Under the pieces are notes generated by a model. The model saw nothing but the letters and a program-made list of their open reading frames with translations. It was not told where the DNA came from and did no database searches. Below are positions 50,750 to 58,223 of a stretch of 64,000 nucleotides of DNA, piece after piece (within the stretch, counting starts at the first letter, position 1; every line of letters begins with the position of its first letter). This DNA is from a virus. The stretch lies in IMG/VR virus record IMGVR_UViG_3300045988_116681, positions 48,632 to 112,631 of that record, one strand, 5' to 3'. The translations under genes were made by a program, and so were the position numbers.

Positions 50750-50887
50750 TTATCGCTTAAACTTCGGCAGAAGATTATGATTTGCGTCCTCAAGCATATT
50801 CTGCACTGCAAGGTCGTACTTCTGCTTCTCGGTCATAGGCTTGTTCTTCTTTTCATTTTCCTTTGCTCGGCGGTTATTCTTTGCCAT
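50750..50887 (-). CDS. small basic protein (45 aa)
   Basis: My own translation gives MAKNNRRAKENEKKNKPMTEKQKYDL.., directly downstream of the 3D-domain gene. Confidence 0.4.
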   Translation of the reverse strand: MAKNNRRAKENEKKNKPMTEKQKYDLAVQNMLEDANHNLLPKFKR

Positions 50888-50909
50888 TTTCGTTTCGTTC
50901 CTTTCAAAA

Positions 50910-51563
50910 TCAGTTTACAAGGTATACATTTCTATATTGAACTCCCCAACTATCTGCTTGACCATAGCCAACCAGTAAGTCGAAGCGATTCGACCCTTTA
51001 ATTGCCCCTCCACAATCCTGCGCCGACACATATCCTACACCTTCGATATAGAACTTTGTGCCATATCGCCAATAGGATGGGTCAATAGCTACAATAGACC
51101 ACTCATTACCAGCAAGGCTACGACCTGTTGCTGTCAATGTGCTACCGCCATTCTCTGACGGACTTGGCGTATATGCAGTAATTTTGAACTTCCCAAGTGG
51201 AGTCATAGACGGCTTTTGAGCCTTCTTCTTAGCTTCTTCTTCAGCCTTACGCTTTGCTTCAGCTTCGCGTTCAGCCTTGAGAGCCTTGTTATAATCTTCT
51301 GTTAGTGCTACTACGGTTTCATTATGTTCATCCCACTTATCCTTGGCATGAAGAATAATGTAATCGTCCTCTTCTGCTCCCAAAGTTCTTGCACATTCAG
51401 CAAGCTGGTGAGCAGTGTTTCGCATTGTGATTGCTTCATCGAGATTGGATTTAATCTCCGCACTTGTTTGCGTCTGGCTTGAAGCAAAAGCCGATGTAGA
51501 AAGACATACACCAACCATCACTACGGTAGCGAAACTTTTTGTTAGTTTGTTTCCAAACTGCAT
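50910..51563 (-). CDS. secreted 3D-domain (RlpA-like double-psi barrel) cell-wall hydrolase
   Basis: Signal peptide, a coiled linker, and a C-terminal ITAYTPSPSENGG..TATG..VAIDP..GTKFYIEGVGY..AQDCGGAIKG 3D-domain pattern. Confidence 0.75.
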   Translation of the reverse strand: MQFGNKLTKSFATVVMVGVCLSTSAFASSQTQTSAEIKSNLDEAITMRNTAHQLAECARTLGAEEDDYIILHAKDKWDEHNETVVALTEDYNKALKAEREAEAKRKAEEEAKKKAQKPSMTPLGKFKITAYTPSPSENGGSTLTATGRSLAGNEWSIVAIDPSYWRYGTKFYIEGVGYVSAQDCGGAIKGSNRFDLLVGYGQADSWGVQYRNVYLVN

Positions 51564-51718
51564 TGGTATCGCGTCCTTTCGCTTATTTTGGTTTTTGTTT
51601 TAGCCCTTTTGGGCTGGTGGTTCGGGTGAATCCTGACATCACAATCTGCGGTTATGAGCCGCATCGTTTTCCTTTAGCGTACCGAACCATATATCGAGGG
51701 CGTATTGCCCTCAGTATT
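51564..51718 (-). promoter_or_regulatory. structured 5' leader; candidate (variant) c-di-AMP ydaO-type riboswitch
   Basis: Long-range stem GGUUCGG..CCGAACC. GGUACG and AUUCACCCGAACCACCAGC...CUAA..AAUAAGCG resemble the conserved 3' half of ydaO. The downstream gene class fits the known ydaO regulon. The 5'-half motifs were not found. Confidence 0.3.
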
Positions 51719-51796
51719 TTACTTGGTGCTGTGACGCTTGGTGCAGTCACCATAGCACCATTCTTCAAAGTCTACTGACTTATCATACTGATACAT
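51719..51796 (-). CDS. upstream small ORF (25 aa) in the leader
   Basis: GAAGGAGGT, 6 nt, then ATG. It translates to MYQYDKSVDFEEWCYGDCTKRHSTK*. Confidence 0.4.
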   Translation of the reverse strand: MYQYDKSVDFEEWCYGDCTKRHSTK

Positions 51797-51824
51797 AACC
51801 TTACCTCCTTCGTTTCACTTAAAC

Positions 51825-51853
51825 ATTGTATCGCAACCTTTCGCCGTTGTCAA
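51825..51853 (-). promoter_or_regulatory. sigma-A-type promoter
   Basis: TTGACA-17-TACAAT. Confidence 0.7.
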
Positions 51854-52129
51854 GTATGATTTTTAATTTGATATTGCGTACTACTGCAAGAAGCGAAACG
51901 AAATTTGTTCTTGTCTCTGTTTATACGCCGCCCATTTCATACGCTATATCATTAACGTGCCCTAAAACCGTATCACTCAGGCACTTTGAATTTCCCCACA
52001 CATCCGTTCACGCACTCTGGCGTTACAGAACTTACCATTGCACCTCGGATAGTACAACTACGACTATCAGTTCCGATGCTGACAGTATGAAATTCGTTAC
52101 CGTTTTTTTCTGCGAGTAAATCGCTGTGT

Positions 52130-52201
52130 TTGACTTCGCAGGACTCGAACCTGTAATTCACTTGCTTTCGCAAAGCGTGTTCCCTATTACACCATCAGTC
52201 A
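52130..52201 (-). ncRNA. tRNA-like element without a canonical anticodon loop
   Basis: It has a T arm (ACAGG-ttcgagt-CCTGC), a D arm (GTGT..ACAC with GG) and a 5-bp acceptor plus tandem G.A pairs. The anticodon position is an extended hairpin with a 3-4 nt loop (GCUUU-gcg-AAAGC). No CCA is encoded. Confidence 0.4.
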
Positions 52202-52321
52202 ATATAAACCGTCTTTATTCATCAAACCTGAAGCCACAGGTAACGGTTATGATGATTATTTTTGAAAGGAGTCGTGCTTCTGGTAGTAATAGAAGCACAT
52301 GAAAAATGAAAAAGATGTGGT

Positions 52322-52407
52322 TGGTCGCCCAACTGGGGGTCGAACCCAGACGCTTTTCAGCAACGGATTTTGAATCCGCATCGTATACCAAATTCCGGCA
52401 TTGGGCG
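52322..52407 (-). tRNA. tRNA-Leu(CAA), type II with a long variable arm
   Basis: Acceptor CGCCCAA/TTGGGCG, anticodon arm GCGGA-ttCAAaa-TCCGT, variable arm GCTGAAAAGC, T arm CTGGG-ttcgacc-CCCAG, encoded CCA. Confidence 0.75.
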
Positions 52408-52630
52408 TTATATTTTCCACGGCATAGCCCATCACCGTGGTAGGGGTCTATTGGCTATCAAAATACCCTTTGTGTAATTCTCTTGATTACCAGTCATCCC
52501 AATTCTTCATCTCAAAGAGAGTCAAGCATTATGGGATTAGCTTGATTTAATTTCAAATTCTTATTTTTTGAAGAGTACGCTGACCAACTAACAAAGAACT
52601 TGAAGTGCTGTTCATCTCTGAACTGTTTAT

Positions 52631-52659
52631 ATTGTACCACACATTTTACTGTGTGTCAA
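52631..52659 (-). promoter_or_regulatory. sigma-A-type promoter (tRNA-Leu operon, proximal)
   Basis: TTGACA-17-TACAAT. Confidence 0.7.
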
Positions 52660-52735
52660 TACCTTTTTGAAAAATTTCTTTTTCAATTTTCCAGACGATG
52701 TGTCCAGACCTATATGTTCGACAATCATATCATAT

Positions 52736-52764
52736 ATTATACCATACAATTATCAATTTGTCAA
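52736..52764 (-). promoter_or_regulatory. sigma-A-type promoter (distal, in tandem)
   Basis: TTGACA-17-TATAAT. Confidence 0.7.
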
Positions 52765-53029
52765 CCCTAAATTTGAATTTTGGATGAAAAATTTTGAATT
52801 TGAATTTTCCTGCTCGTTTTTCGATTTCGATTATCTAATTCATTTCTGCAATAAGAATCTCGATTTTGATTTTCCAAACACAAATTTCAATTTGAAATCT
52901 AAAACTCAAATCTCGATTTCAATTTTGCAATTATTTGTTTTTTGAAACAGAACCAAATAGCGTAAATAGTGATAACCATGCAAGTAATAAAACAAGCAAA
53001 ACACAGTCCTTTAAGAAACATTAACTCCG

Positions 53030-53368
53030 TCATGTTGCTTCCTCCTCTGGAAAGATGACTTGAACCGTGACGTAAGAATCCAAAACTTTGAGCGTTGTTG
53101 ATTCAACGACATGGCGTTCCTCCAAATCGTTTATGGTTTCAACTATTTTATAAAACTCATGTACAATATCTTGTTCTTTAGAAATTGCAAAAGGAATTAT
53201 TCCTTCACGATATTGCGCGATACTTCCTGCTAACCAACGCTGAATCCATTCAGTTGCTTCTTCAGCGGTCATGCCATCGTATCGTTTAATAAACAAATTG
53301 TGGACGTTAGTTGCGTCTGTGTTTTGCCCTACAAGGAATCTTCTCACCGTAATATCGTATTCAGCCAT
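53030..53368 (-). CDS. hypothetical protein
   Basis: 112-aa ORF behind GGAGGTGA. Confidence 0.6.
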   Translation of the reverse strand: MAEYDITVRRFLVGQNTDATNVHNLFIKRYDGMTAEEATEWIQRWLAGSIAQYREGIIPFAISKEQDIVHEFYKIVETINDLEERHVVESTTLKVLDSYVTVQVIFPEEEAT

Positions 53369-53392
53369 CTCGTCACCTCCTTGACTGTGACT

Positions 53393-53421
53393 ATTGTATC
53401 ACGCTGTCACCAGTTTGTCAA
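53393..53421 (-). promoter_or_regulatory. sigma-A-type promoter
   Basis: TTGACA-17-TACAAT. Confidence 0.7.
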
Positions 53422-53430
53422 CAACTTTTT

Positions 53431-53580
53431 TCAAAAGAAAACAATCTTCAGCCACATCACTTTATCCACAACATTAGCTATCGCCAGTATCAGCATAGAC
53501 GCTACAATAAACGATGATACAATCAGTCGTGCTACGTCCGTAGTATACATATCTTTCAGCGTTCTTAACTTTCTTCTCAT
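53431..53580 (-). CDS. small membrane protein (49 aa)
   Basis: AAAGGAGAA SD. It translates to MRRKLRTLKDMYTTDVARLIVSSFIVASMLILAIANVV... Confidence 0.35.
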   Translation of the reverse strand: MRRKLRTLKDMYTTDVARLIVSSFIVASMLILAIANVVDKVMWLKIVFF

Positions 53581-53966
53581 GCGCTACATTCTCCTTTCAT
53601 TCTATCCTATCAGCCGTGAAATTGCTAACCATCCCACACGCGATTCTGCCGTCTATCACACAAGGAATAACCGTAGTGCGAATCGAAGTATCGACTATTA
53701 TACGAATAATATATATAATCGGAATTAAATTACTAATTAACTGGTAACAATACCATCTATTATTCATATGTATAACGGGGGATTTTTCGCGTTCGCATAA
53801 TGCGCGTGACCGCCACCATATATAGGTGTGTATATGTGGGGAAAATTTTAATCTCGCGTAATGCGCGAAGGCTCTCCCCACCTTGCGGGAAAATTCCAAA
53901 TCCTGTAAACTCTGGGGATTTTTGGAAAAACTTTAGCAATTTAACGCTTTAACACGTTAAAACCCT

Positions 53967-54049
53967 GTATTCCTATCGGAATTTCCTCAATCCCCTGCAC
54001 TCCTATAGGAATTATCGGAAAACTTTAATTTCCTGTATTCCTATAGGAA
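53967..54049. repeat. cluster of palindromic boxes (GTA)TTCCTATMGGAA(T)
   Basis: Copies at 53967-53982, 54001-54013 and 54035-54049. The same box recurs at 59281, 59351, 61668 and 61710. Confidence 0.8.
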
Positions 54050-54070
54050 ACGCACCATACAGAACCAGCG

Positions 54071-54193
54071 ACAAAAAGAAAAAGCGCAAAACCTAAACAC
54101 TGAATAATCAGTGAATAAAGTTTTGCGCTTGCTGTCTCTTTTCCCTTGCGGGCAAGTGTTGCTTGTGCTGGGATTTAACCTTGTTTAATTTAC
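54071..54193 (-). ncRNA. candidate small non-coding RNA (about 120 nt) bounded by a consensus promoter and a strong terminator
   Basis: Promoter at 54200..54229. Terminator GCGCAAAAC..GTTTTGCGC plus TTTTTCTTTTT. There is no ATG anywhere in the transcript. Confidence 0.5.
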
Positions 54194-54199
54194 TTGTCT

Positions 54200-54229
54200 A
54201 TTGTACCACAAAAAAAGAGCGCTTGTCAA
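54200..54229 (-). promoter_or_regulatory. sigma-A-type promoter overlapping a terminator hairpin
   Basis: TTGACA-18-TACAAT. The -35 lies in the loop and stem of AGAGCGCTTG-a-CAAGCGCTCT. Confidence 0.65.
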
Positions 54230-54236
54230 GCGCTCT
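54209..54236 (-). terminator. intrinsic terminator of the 54247 gene
   Basis: 10-bp perfect stem followed by T7 on the minus strand. Confidence 0.7.
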
Positions 54237-54246
54237 CTTTGAATTT

Positions 54247-54414
54247 TTATCGGTATTCAATAACGAGTGTTTCGCCGTTATCTTCTACCAATAACACCGG
54301 AAGATTTTCCAGTGCTTGCACTTGCGATTTTGCCATATAACGCAAATCGCTTTTCAGAATCGCCCTATCTTCAAAAATAAGGCGTTTCCAATTCGGGAAA
54401 TCTTTTACTTTCAT
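54247..54414 (-). CDS. small protein (55 aa)
   Basis: GGAGGTGA SD. It translates to MKVKDFPNWKRLIFEDRAILKSDLRYMAK... Confidence 0.5.
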   Translation of the reverse strand: MKVKDFPNWKRLIFEDRAILKSDLRYMAKSQVQALENLPVLLVEDNGETLVIEYR

Positions 54415-54435
54415 TTTGTTTCACCTCCTATATAT

Positions 54436-54464
54436 AATATATCACACTCAATAACATTTGTCAA
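54436..54464 (-). promoter_or_regulatory. sigma-A-type promoter
   Basis: TTGACA-17-TATATT. Confidence 0.6.
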
Positions 54465-55079
54465 AACATTTATTAAAATATATTGCACAAAAACTTTTTC
54501 AAATTTTGTTCATTTTACCATTGACTTTTTCATACTTTAGCAGACTAAAGCAAAATGAGTATCCTCCCCCTCCTCTCACTTTAGCTTTCTCGGTACTACT
54601 TTGTCACTTCATATTCTTTATTGTACTTATATTATAGCACTTTCACAAGGTTTTGCAATAGGCAAACTGCACAAATTATTGTTTTCTTTTTGTGCGTTTT
54701 CCGTCCGTTCCTTTTCCTGCTCATGTTCCTATTCCGCTATACATCCATAACATAACGATAAGCGCACGAGAACGCGCCTAAAATCGTTTTTCGTCTGTTA
54801 GCCGTATAACTTGACCTTATACACCTAAAACGCAATACAGCGCATTTTCAGCCGATTGCACTATATACTCCTATAATCGGCTCAGAACGCGCCGCAAGCG
54901 CACGAGCAAACAAAACCTATAAACATACGTCAGACCAACTAAAAACGATTATAGCGCATCCTCGCGCTAAAGAAAGCAATAAACAGCAGACCACACGACC
55001 ACACGGACAGACCAGACCAGCAGAAACAGAGAAGCGGACAAAAAGAAAGAGCCGTTTAATAACGACTCTTTTTCTTTGC

Positions 55080-55283
55080 TTATTTGGTTTTAGCCTCTTT
55101 AAATGCGTAATGCTCCGCGTTTACTATCATTTCCATCGCTTCATCTATTGTTATAAATCCCTCTTCACACTTTTCAACTGCTTTATTTATGCGATAGATA
55201 TAAAGCTGATTCTTAACATTATCATAATAAAACGGATTGCGCGAAAGTTTATAGTTCGCGTATTCCTTTATAAATCTTTTCAT
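55080..55283 (-). CDS. hypothetical protein
   Basis: 67-aa ORF behind GAGGAGGT. Confidence 0.55.
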   Translation of the reverse strand: MKRFIKEYANYKLSRNPFYYDNVKNQLYIYRINKAVEKCEEGFITIDEAMEMIVNAEHYAFKEAKTK

Positions 55284-55286
55284 TTT

Positions 55287-55415
55287 TCAAACCTCCTCGA
55301 CAAGTAAAATCGTGATTTCGGGATTCCAAACAAAATCAAAGTATTCTTCCCACGAATTAAAAAAACCGTTACCAAAAACGCCTTTCTTAGTCCATTCCGC
55401 ATAAACTTTATTCAT
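55287..55415 (-). CDS. small protein (42 aa)
   Basis: GGGAGA SD. It translates to MNKVYAEWTKKGVFGNGFFNSWEEYFDFVWNPEITILLVEEV*. Confidence 0.4.
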   Translation of the reverse strand: MNKVYAEWTKKGVFGNGFFNSWEEYFDFVWNPEITILLVEEV

Positions 55416-55462
55416 CTTGAAAATCTCCCTTCAAAAGTGGCTTGCTTTTGTTTACGTCTATA

Positions 55463-55490
55463 ATTATATCACCTGTCCGCATAAAGTCAA
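55463..55490 (-). promoter_or_regulatory. sigma-A-type promoter
   Basis: TTGACT-16-TATAAT. Confidence 0.55.
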
Positions 55491-55624
55491 GAATTATTTA
55501 CTAAAAATCTTCCGTCAAATTACACAAATAAAAACTTTAATTTTGTTTATTTTGACGTTGAATTTTCTTGACTTTAGCGTTATAATTATGTTAGTCTGGA
55601 AGAGCACTATATAAAAAAAGAAAA

Positions 55625-55666
55625 CAGAAATAGAAAAAGCTGGAAGTCATGCGCTCCCAGCTTTTT
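55625..55666 (-). terminator. intrinsic (bidirectional) terminator
   Basis: AAAAGCTGG..CCAGCTTTT with T runs on both strands. Confidence 0.65.
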
Positions 55667-55669
55667 TAT

Positions 55670-56224
55670 TTACTTGTTCATAAGTCTTGCCAACTTTGTA
55701 AACTGTTCGTGATTAGTATTAGGCAAAATTGCGATAGAAACATCTAAATTCATATAAACACACATTGTAAAAATAGTGTTTCTTAAATACGCTTTGCCGA
55801 ACGTACACCAGCGAATAGGCTTAATGTATTTTTCATCATATGCAAATAATTGTTCGCCGTCCGTAAATGCGTAAACCGTGCGCCATGTATCTTCTGCACT
55901 AACGCCTGTATAGTGCAGTAAGCCACTTTCTAACGTTGTCGGCATAAATGCCGCTATTGTCTGGTCACTCTTAACGCAATAATCGCCCAAACACCTAACA
56001 CAAAAATTACCGCCAGCCGTAAAATTGAATGTTTCTTGTAGAAAATCAATCATATTTTCGCGGACAGCGGCGAAACTTGCAATAAATTCCCCATTGGAAA
56101 AATAAACAGTTGCATCTTTCCGCTGAATATATACTTTTCTAACCTTTGTCTCCTTCTTCGCCAGCTTGATATAATATTCAAGCACTTTTTCAGCACTCAT
56201 CTTTTTCATTTTCAACAACTCCAT
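55670..56224 (-). CDS. hypothetical protein
   Basis: 184-aa ORF. Confidence 0.6.
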   Translation of the reverse strand: MELLKMKKMSAEKVLEYYIKLAKKETKVRKVYIQRKDATVYFSNGEFIASFAAVRENMIDFLQETFNFTAGGNFCVRCLGDYCVKSDQTIAAFMPTTLESGLLHYTGVSAEDTWRTVYAFTDGEQLFAYDEKYIKPIRWCTFGKAYLRNTIFTMCVYMNLDVSIAILPNTNHEQFTKLARLMNK

Positions 56225-56247
56225 TTCAAATTTGTTCCCGTGTCGGG

Positions 56248-56283
56248 ATGGTGGAAGGCTTTAGGGGTAAACCTTCCAGAACC
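56248..56283 (-). repeat. 36-nt intergenic hairpin repeat, copy 1
   Basis: ATGGTGGAAGGCTTTAGGGGTAAACCTTCCAGAACC; differs from copy 2 at one base. Confidence 0.85.
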
Positions 56284-56286
56284 TTT

Positions 56287-56634
56287 TCACAGTGCGTCAA
56301 CCTCTGCCAGCATTTCACAAATTAACTTGTAGTTTCTGCGCTTTACGGTTTCCCACTTTTTAATTTTATTTTTTTGAAATGCAATATAATTTTTTTCCGC
56401 TTTGTTGTCATATTTTTTGATAACTTCATACGGAACAGCCTTACCGATAGGCGCATAACCTGTACTAATGCAAGTTACGCCACAATCGTAAAAATCAGCC
56501 TTCCAGCCTTCACGCCCGCAAGTGTAAGCAAACGGATTTTCGCAGATTAAAAGATTTTGTGCATTGCAATATCCAATTCTTACCACATCGGAAAAGCTGT
56601 TGCGGATTTCCTTTTCAGTTACACGACATTTCAT
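56287..56634 (-). CDS. hypothetical protein
   Basis: 115-aa ORF behind GGAGGT. Confidence 0.6.
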   Translation of the reverse strand: MKCRVTEKEIRNSFSDVVRIGYCNAQNLLICENPFAYTCGREGWKADFYDCGVTCISTGYAPIGKAVPYEVIKKYDNKAEKNYIAFQKNKIKKWETVKRRNYKLICEMLAEVDAL

Positions 56635-56680
56635 TTTTCATACCTCCAAAATTCAAAGCCTTAACGCTTTCGACAATACT

Positions 56681-56709
56681 AATATATCATATCCGCGTTA
56701 TCTTGTCAA
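56681..56709 (-). promoter_or_regulatory. sigma-A-type promoter
   Basis: TTGACA-17-TATATT. Confidence 0.6.
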
Positions 56710-56851
56710 GCTAAAACTTCAACAATTTAAATATTTTTTTCGATGGTTTCCGCGCCATCGAAAAAATCAAAATAAACCGTATCGTCCAGCACTTGAAAAT
56801 GCTTCACACCTTCAAGTTGAACCGAGCCGAGCGCATCCCGAAAAATAACAG

Positions 56852-57091
56852 TCATTCTTCTACTACCTCCATTTTATCTACCTGTTTCTCTGTCCATAGC
56901 CAGCAACTAACTAAACCGTTGCGCGTCCATAACTTGCAATTATGCTTTGCTGGTTCGCCCTTGCGCGGTCTGTAGCCTGTAGCAATCCAATATCCATAAG
57001 TTCCCAATTTGAGGGAAGAGGGAATTTTGTTTTCCCTCTTGTACTCCTCAAGCAAAAGCGTGTTTAACATTGTTTTCGTTTGTCTTGTCAT
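56852..57091 (-). CDS. hypothetical protein
   Basis: ATG at 57091 lies 8 nt after AGAGG, just past the upstream TAA. Confidence 0.5.
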   Translation of the reverse strand: MTRQTKTMLNTLLLEEYKRENKIPSSLKLGTYGYWIATGYRPRKGEPAKHNCKLWTRNGLVSCWLWTEKQVDKMEVVEE

Positions 57092-57102
57092 GTCGATACC
57101 TC

Positions 57103-57540
57103 TTAACCGTAGCATTCGACAAGATAAATCTTTGCGCCCTCAGGCTTGAGATATTCGCCAGCGACAAGCAAACAATCGCGCATCGCGCTTTCACCCATGC
57201 CCGAACATCCAATACTAAAACGCATACCAGCACGGCAAAAAGCACTTTCAAGCGCGGCGCTCGCTCTATGGTATCCCCATCCGCCAGCCTTGCCAGCGCC
57301 ACAAGCAGAACCACAAGTATTATAATAATCATTATCATAATATCTCATGTTCAGCCAAACCGAAGCATAATGGCAACTATCCGTTACACCAAGTCGAGCA
57401 TCTACCAACTCGACCATCTCACCATTCACAATGGTTACGACCTTGTAACCGTTGTAAAAGTGCTTTGCTTGTCTCTCTCTGTAGCTTGCGGGCATATCCT
57501 GCGCGGGATTGAATGCAATAACCTTGTTTTCCATTTCCAT
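57103..57540 (-). CDS. hypothetical protein
   Basis: 145-aa ORF. Confidence 0.6.
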   Translation of the reverse strand: MEMENKVIAFNPAQDMPASYRERQAKHFYNGYKVVTIVNGEMVELVDARLGVTDSCHYASVWLNMRYYDNDYYNTCGSACGAGKAGGWGYHRASAALESAFCRAGMRFSIGCSGMGESAMRDCLLVAGEYLKPEGAKIYLVECYG

Positions 57541-57586
57541 TTTTCAACACTCCATTTTTCAAAATTTTTATTTACGCTTTGCGCGT

Positions 57587-57622
57587 ATGGTGGAAGGCTT
57601 TAGGGGCAAACCTTCCAGAACC
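57587..57622 (-). repeat. 36-nt intergenic hairpin repeat, copy 2
   Basis: ATGGTGGAAGGCTTTAGGGGCAAACCTTCCAGAACC. Confidence 0.85.
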
Positions 57623-57626
57623 GAAT

Positions 57627-57869
57627 TTATAATGCGGAATATTCTTTTTTATTCATCCCGCAAAACGCTTTAATATGTCTGCCTGTTGTAGCTGTCCAGC
57701 CGTTTCAATGCTTTACAAGTTCGCCGTTTGGCTTTCTCGAAACGATTTTCGTATTGTACGAAAACAGCGTTTCCGTGCCGTCATCGCTAACTTCGACTAC
57801 AGCTTTACAGCCGAAAGACTTTTGATTCTGTTTTTCTGTTGGCATAAGATAATATTTTTTCATTTTCAT
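57627..57869 (-). pseudogene. small gene with an in-frame TGA (57705-57707) at a position where Trp is expected
   Basis: AAAGGAGCA SD. It translates to MKMKKYYLMPTEKQNQKSFGCKAV..NGELVKH[TGA]NGWTATTGRHIKAFCGMNKKEYSAL*. As I recall them, homologous small proteins read ..W.G.SATT.RH..AF at this point. Confidence 0.45.
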
Positions 57870-57908
57870 TTGCTCCTTTCAAAAGCGCGTTGTTTTGTTT
57901 GTGTAACT

Positions 57909-57937
57909 AATATATCATACCAGAAACACAAAGTCAA
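57909..57937 (-). promoter_or_regulatory. sigma-A-type promoter
   Basis: TTGACT-17-TATATT. Confidence 0.55.
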
Positions 57938-57953
57938 GCATTGTTTTTATTTT

Positions 57954-58223
57954 TTATTCGCTGATTGAATAATCATCAATTATTTTGTAGAAAAATTTTT
58001 CATCCTTCAATAGTTTTAGTATATCGGAATATGCAATTTCTTTTCCCTTAAATTTCATCATTGCTTCATGTATAAATAAATCTCCGTAATTGTTTTTTAT
58101 CATTTCGCGCGTTGCTTTAGCATTTGTTTCTGCGTTTTTGCGCAAGACTTCTAACAATTTAATTTGTATATATTGTTTAATTTTCGATTTCAATTTTCCA
58201 GATGGTATATACATATTGCACAA
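57954..58223 (-). CDS. hypothetical protein (start uncertain)
   Basis: 89-aa track ORF with a TTG start. Its 5' part overlaps an A/T repeat block. Confidence 0.35.
   Translation of the reverse strand: MCNMYIPSGKLKSKIKQYIQIKLLEVLRKNAETNAKATREMIKNNYGDLFIHEAMMKFKGKEIAYSDILKLLKDEKFFYKIIDDYSISE

Noticed and set aside
51539-51778. Plus-strand ORF of 79 aa, and the plus-strand match GGGTGAATCC to the ydaO motif
   Set aside because: There is no plus-strand promoter or downstream gene. The region is the 5' leader of a minus-strand gene, so only the minus-strand reading is meaningful.
53740-54060. Possible CRISPR array, given the repeated boxes in non-coding DNA (also at 59080-59520)
   Set aside because: There is no regular repeat-spacer periodicity. 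The repeats are short palindromes with variable spacing, and no cas genes are present other than the unrelated iscB.
57705-57707. Genetic code 4 (TGA read as Trp) for the whole phage
   Set aside because: Many well-supported genes here end in TGA, including overlaps in an ATGA context, and the long ORFs are intact under the standard code. The single in-frame TGA is treated as a local event.
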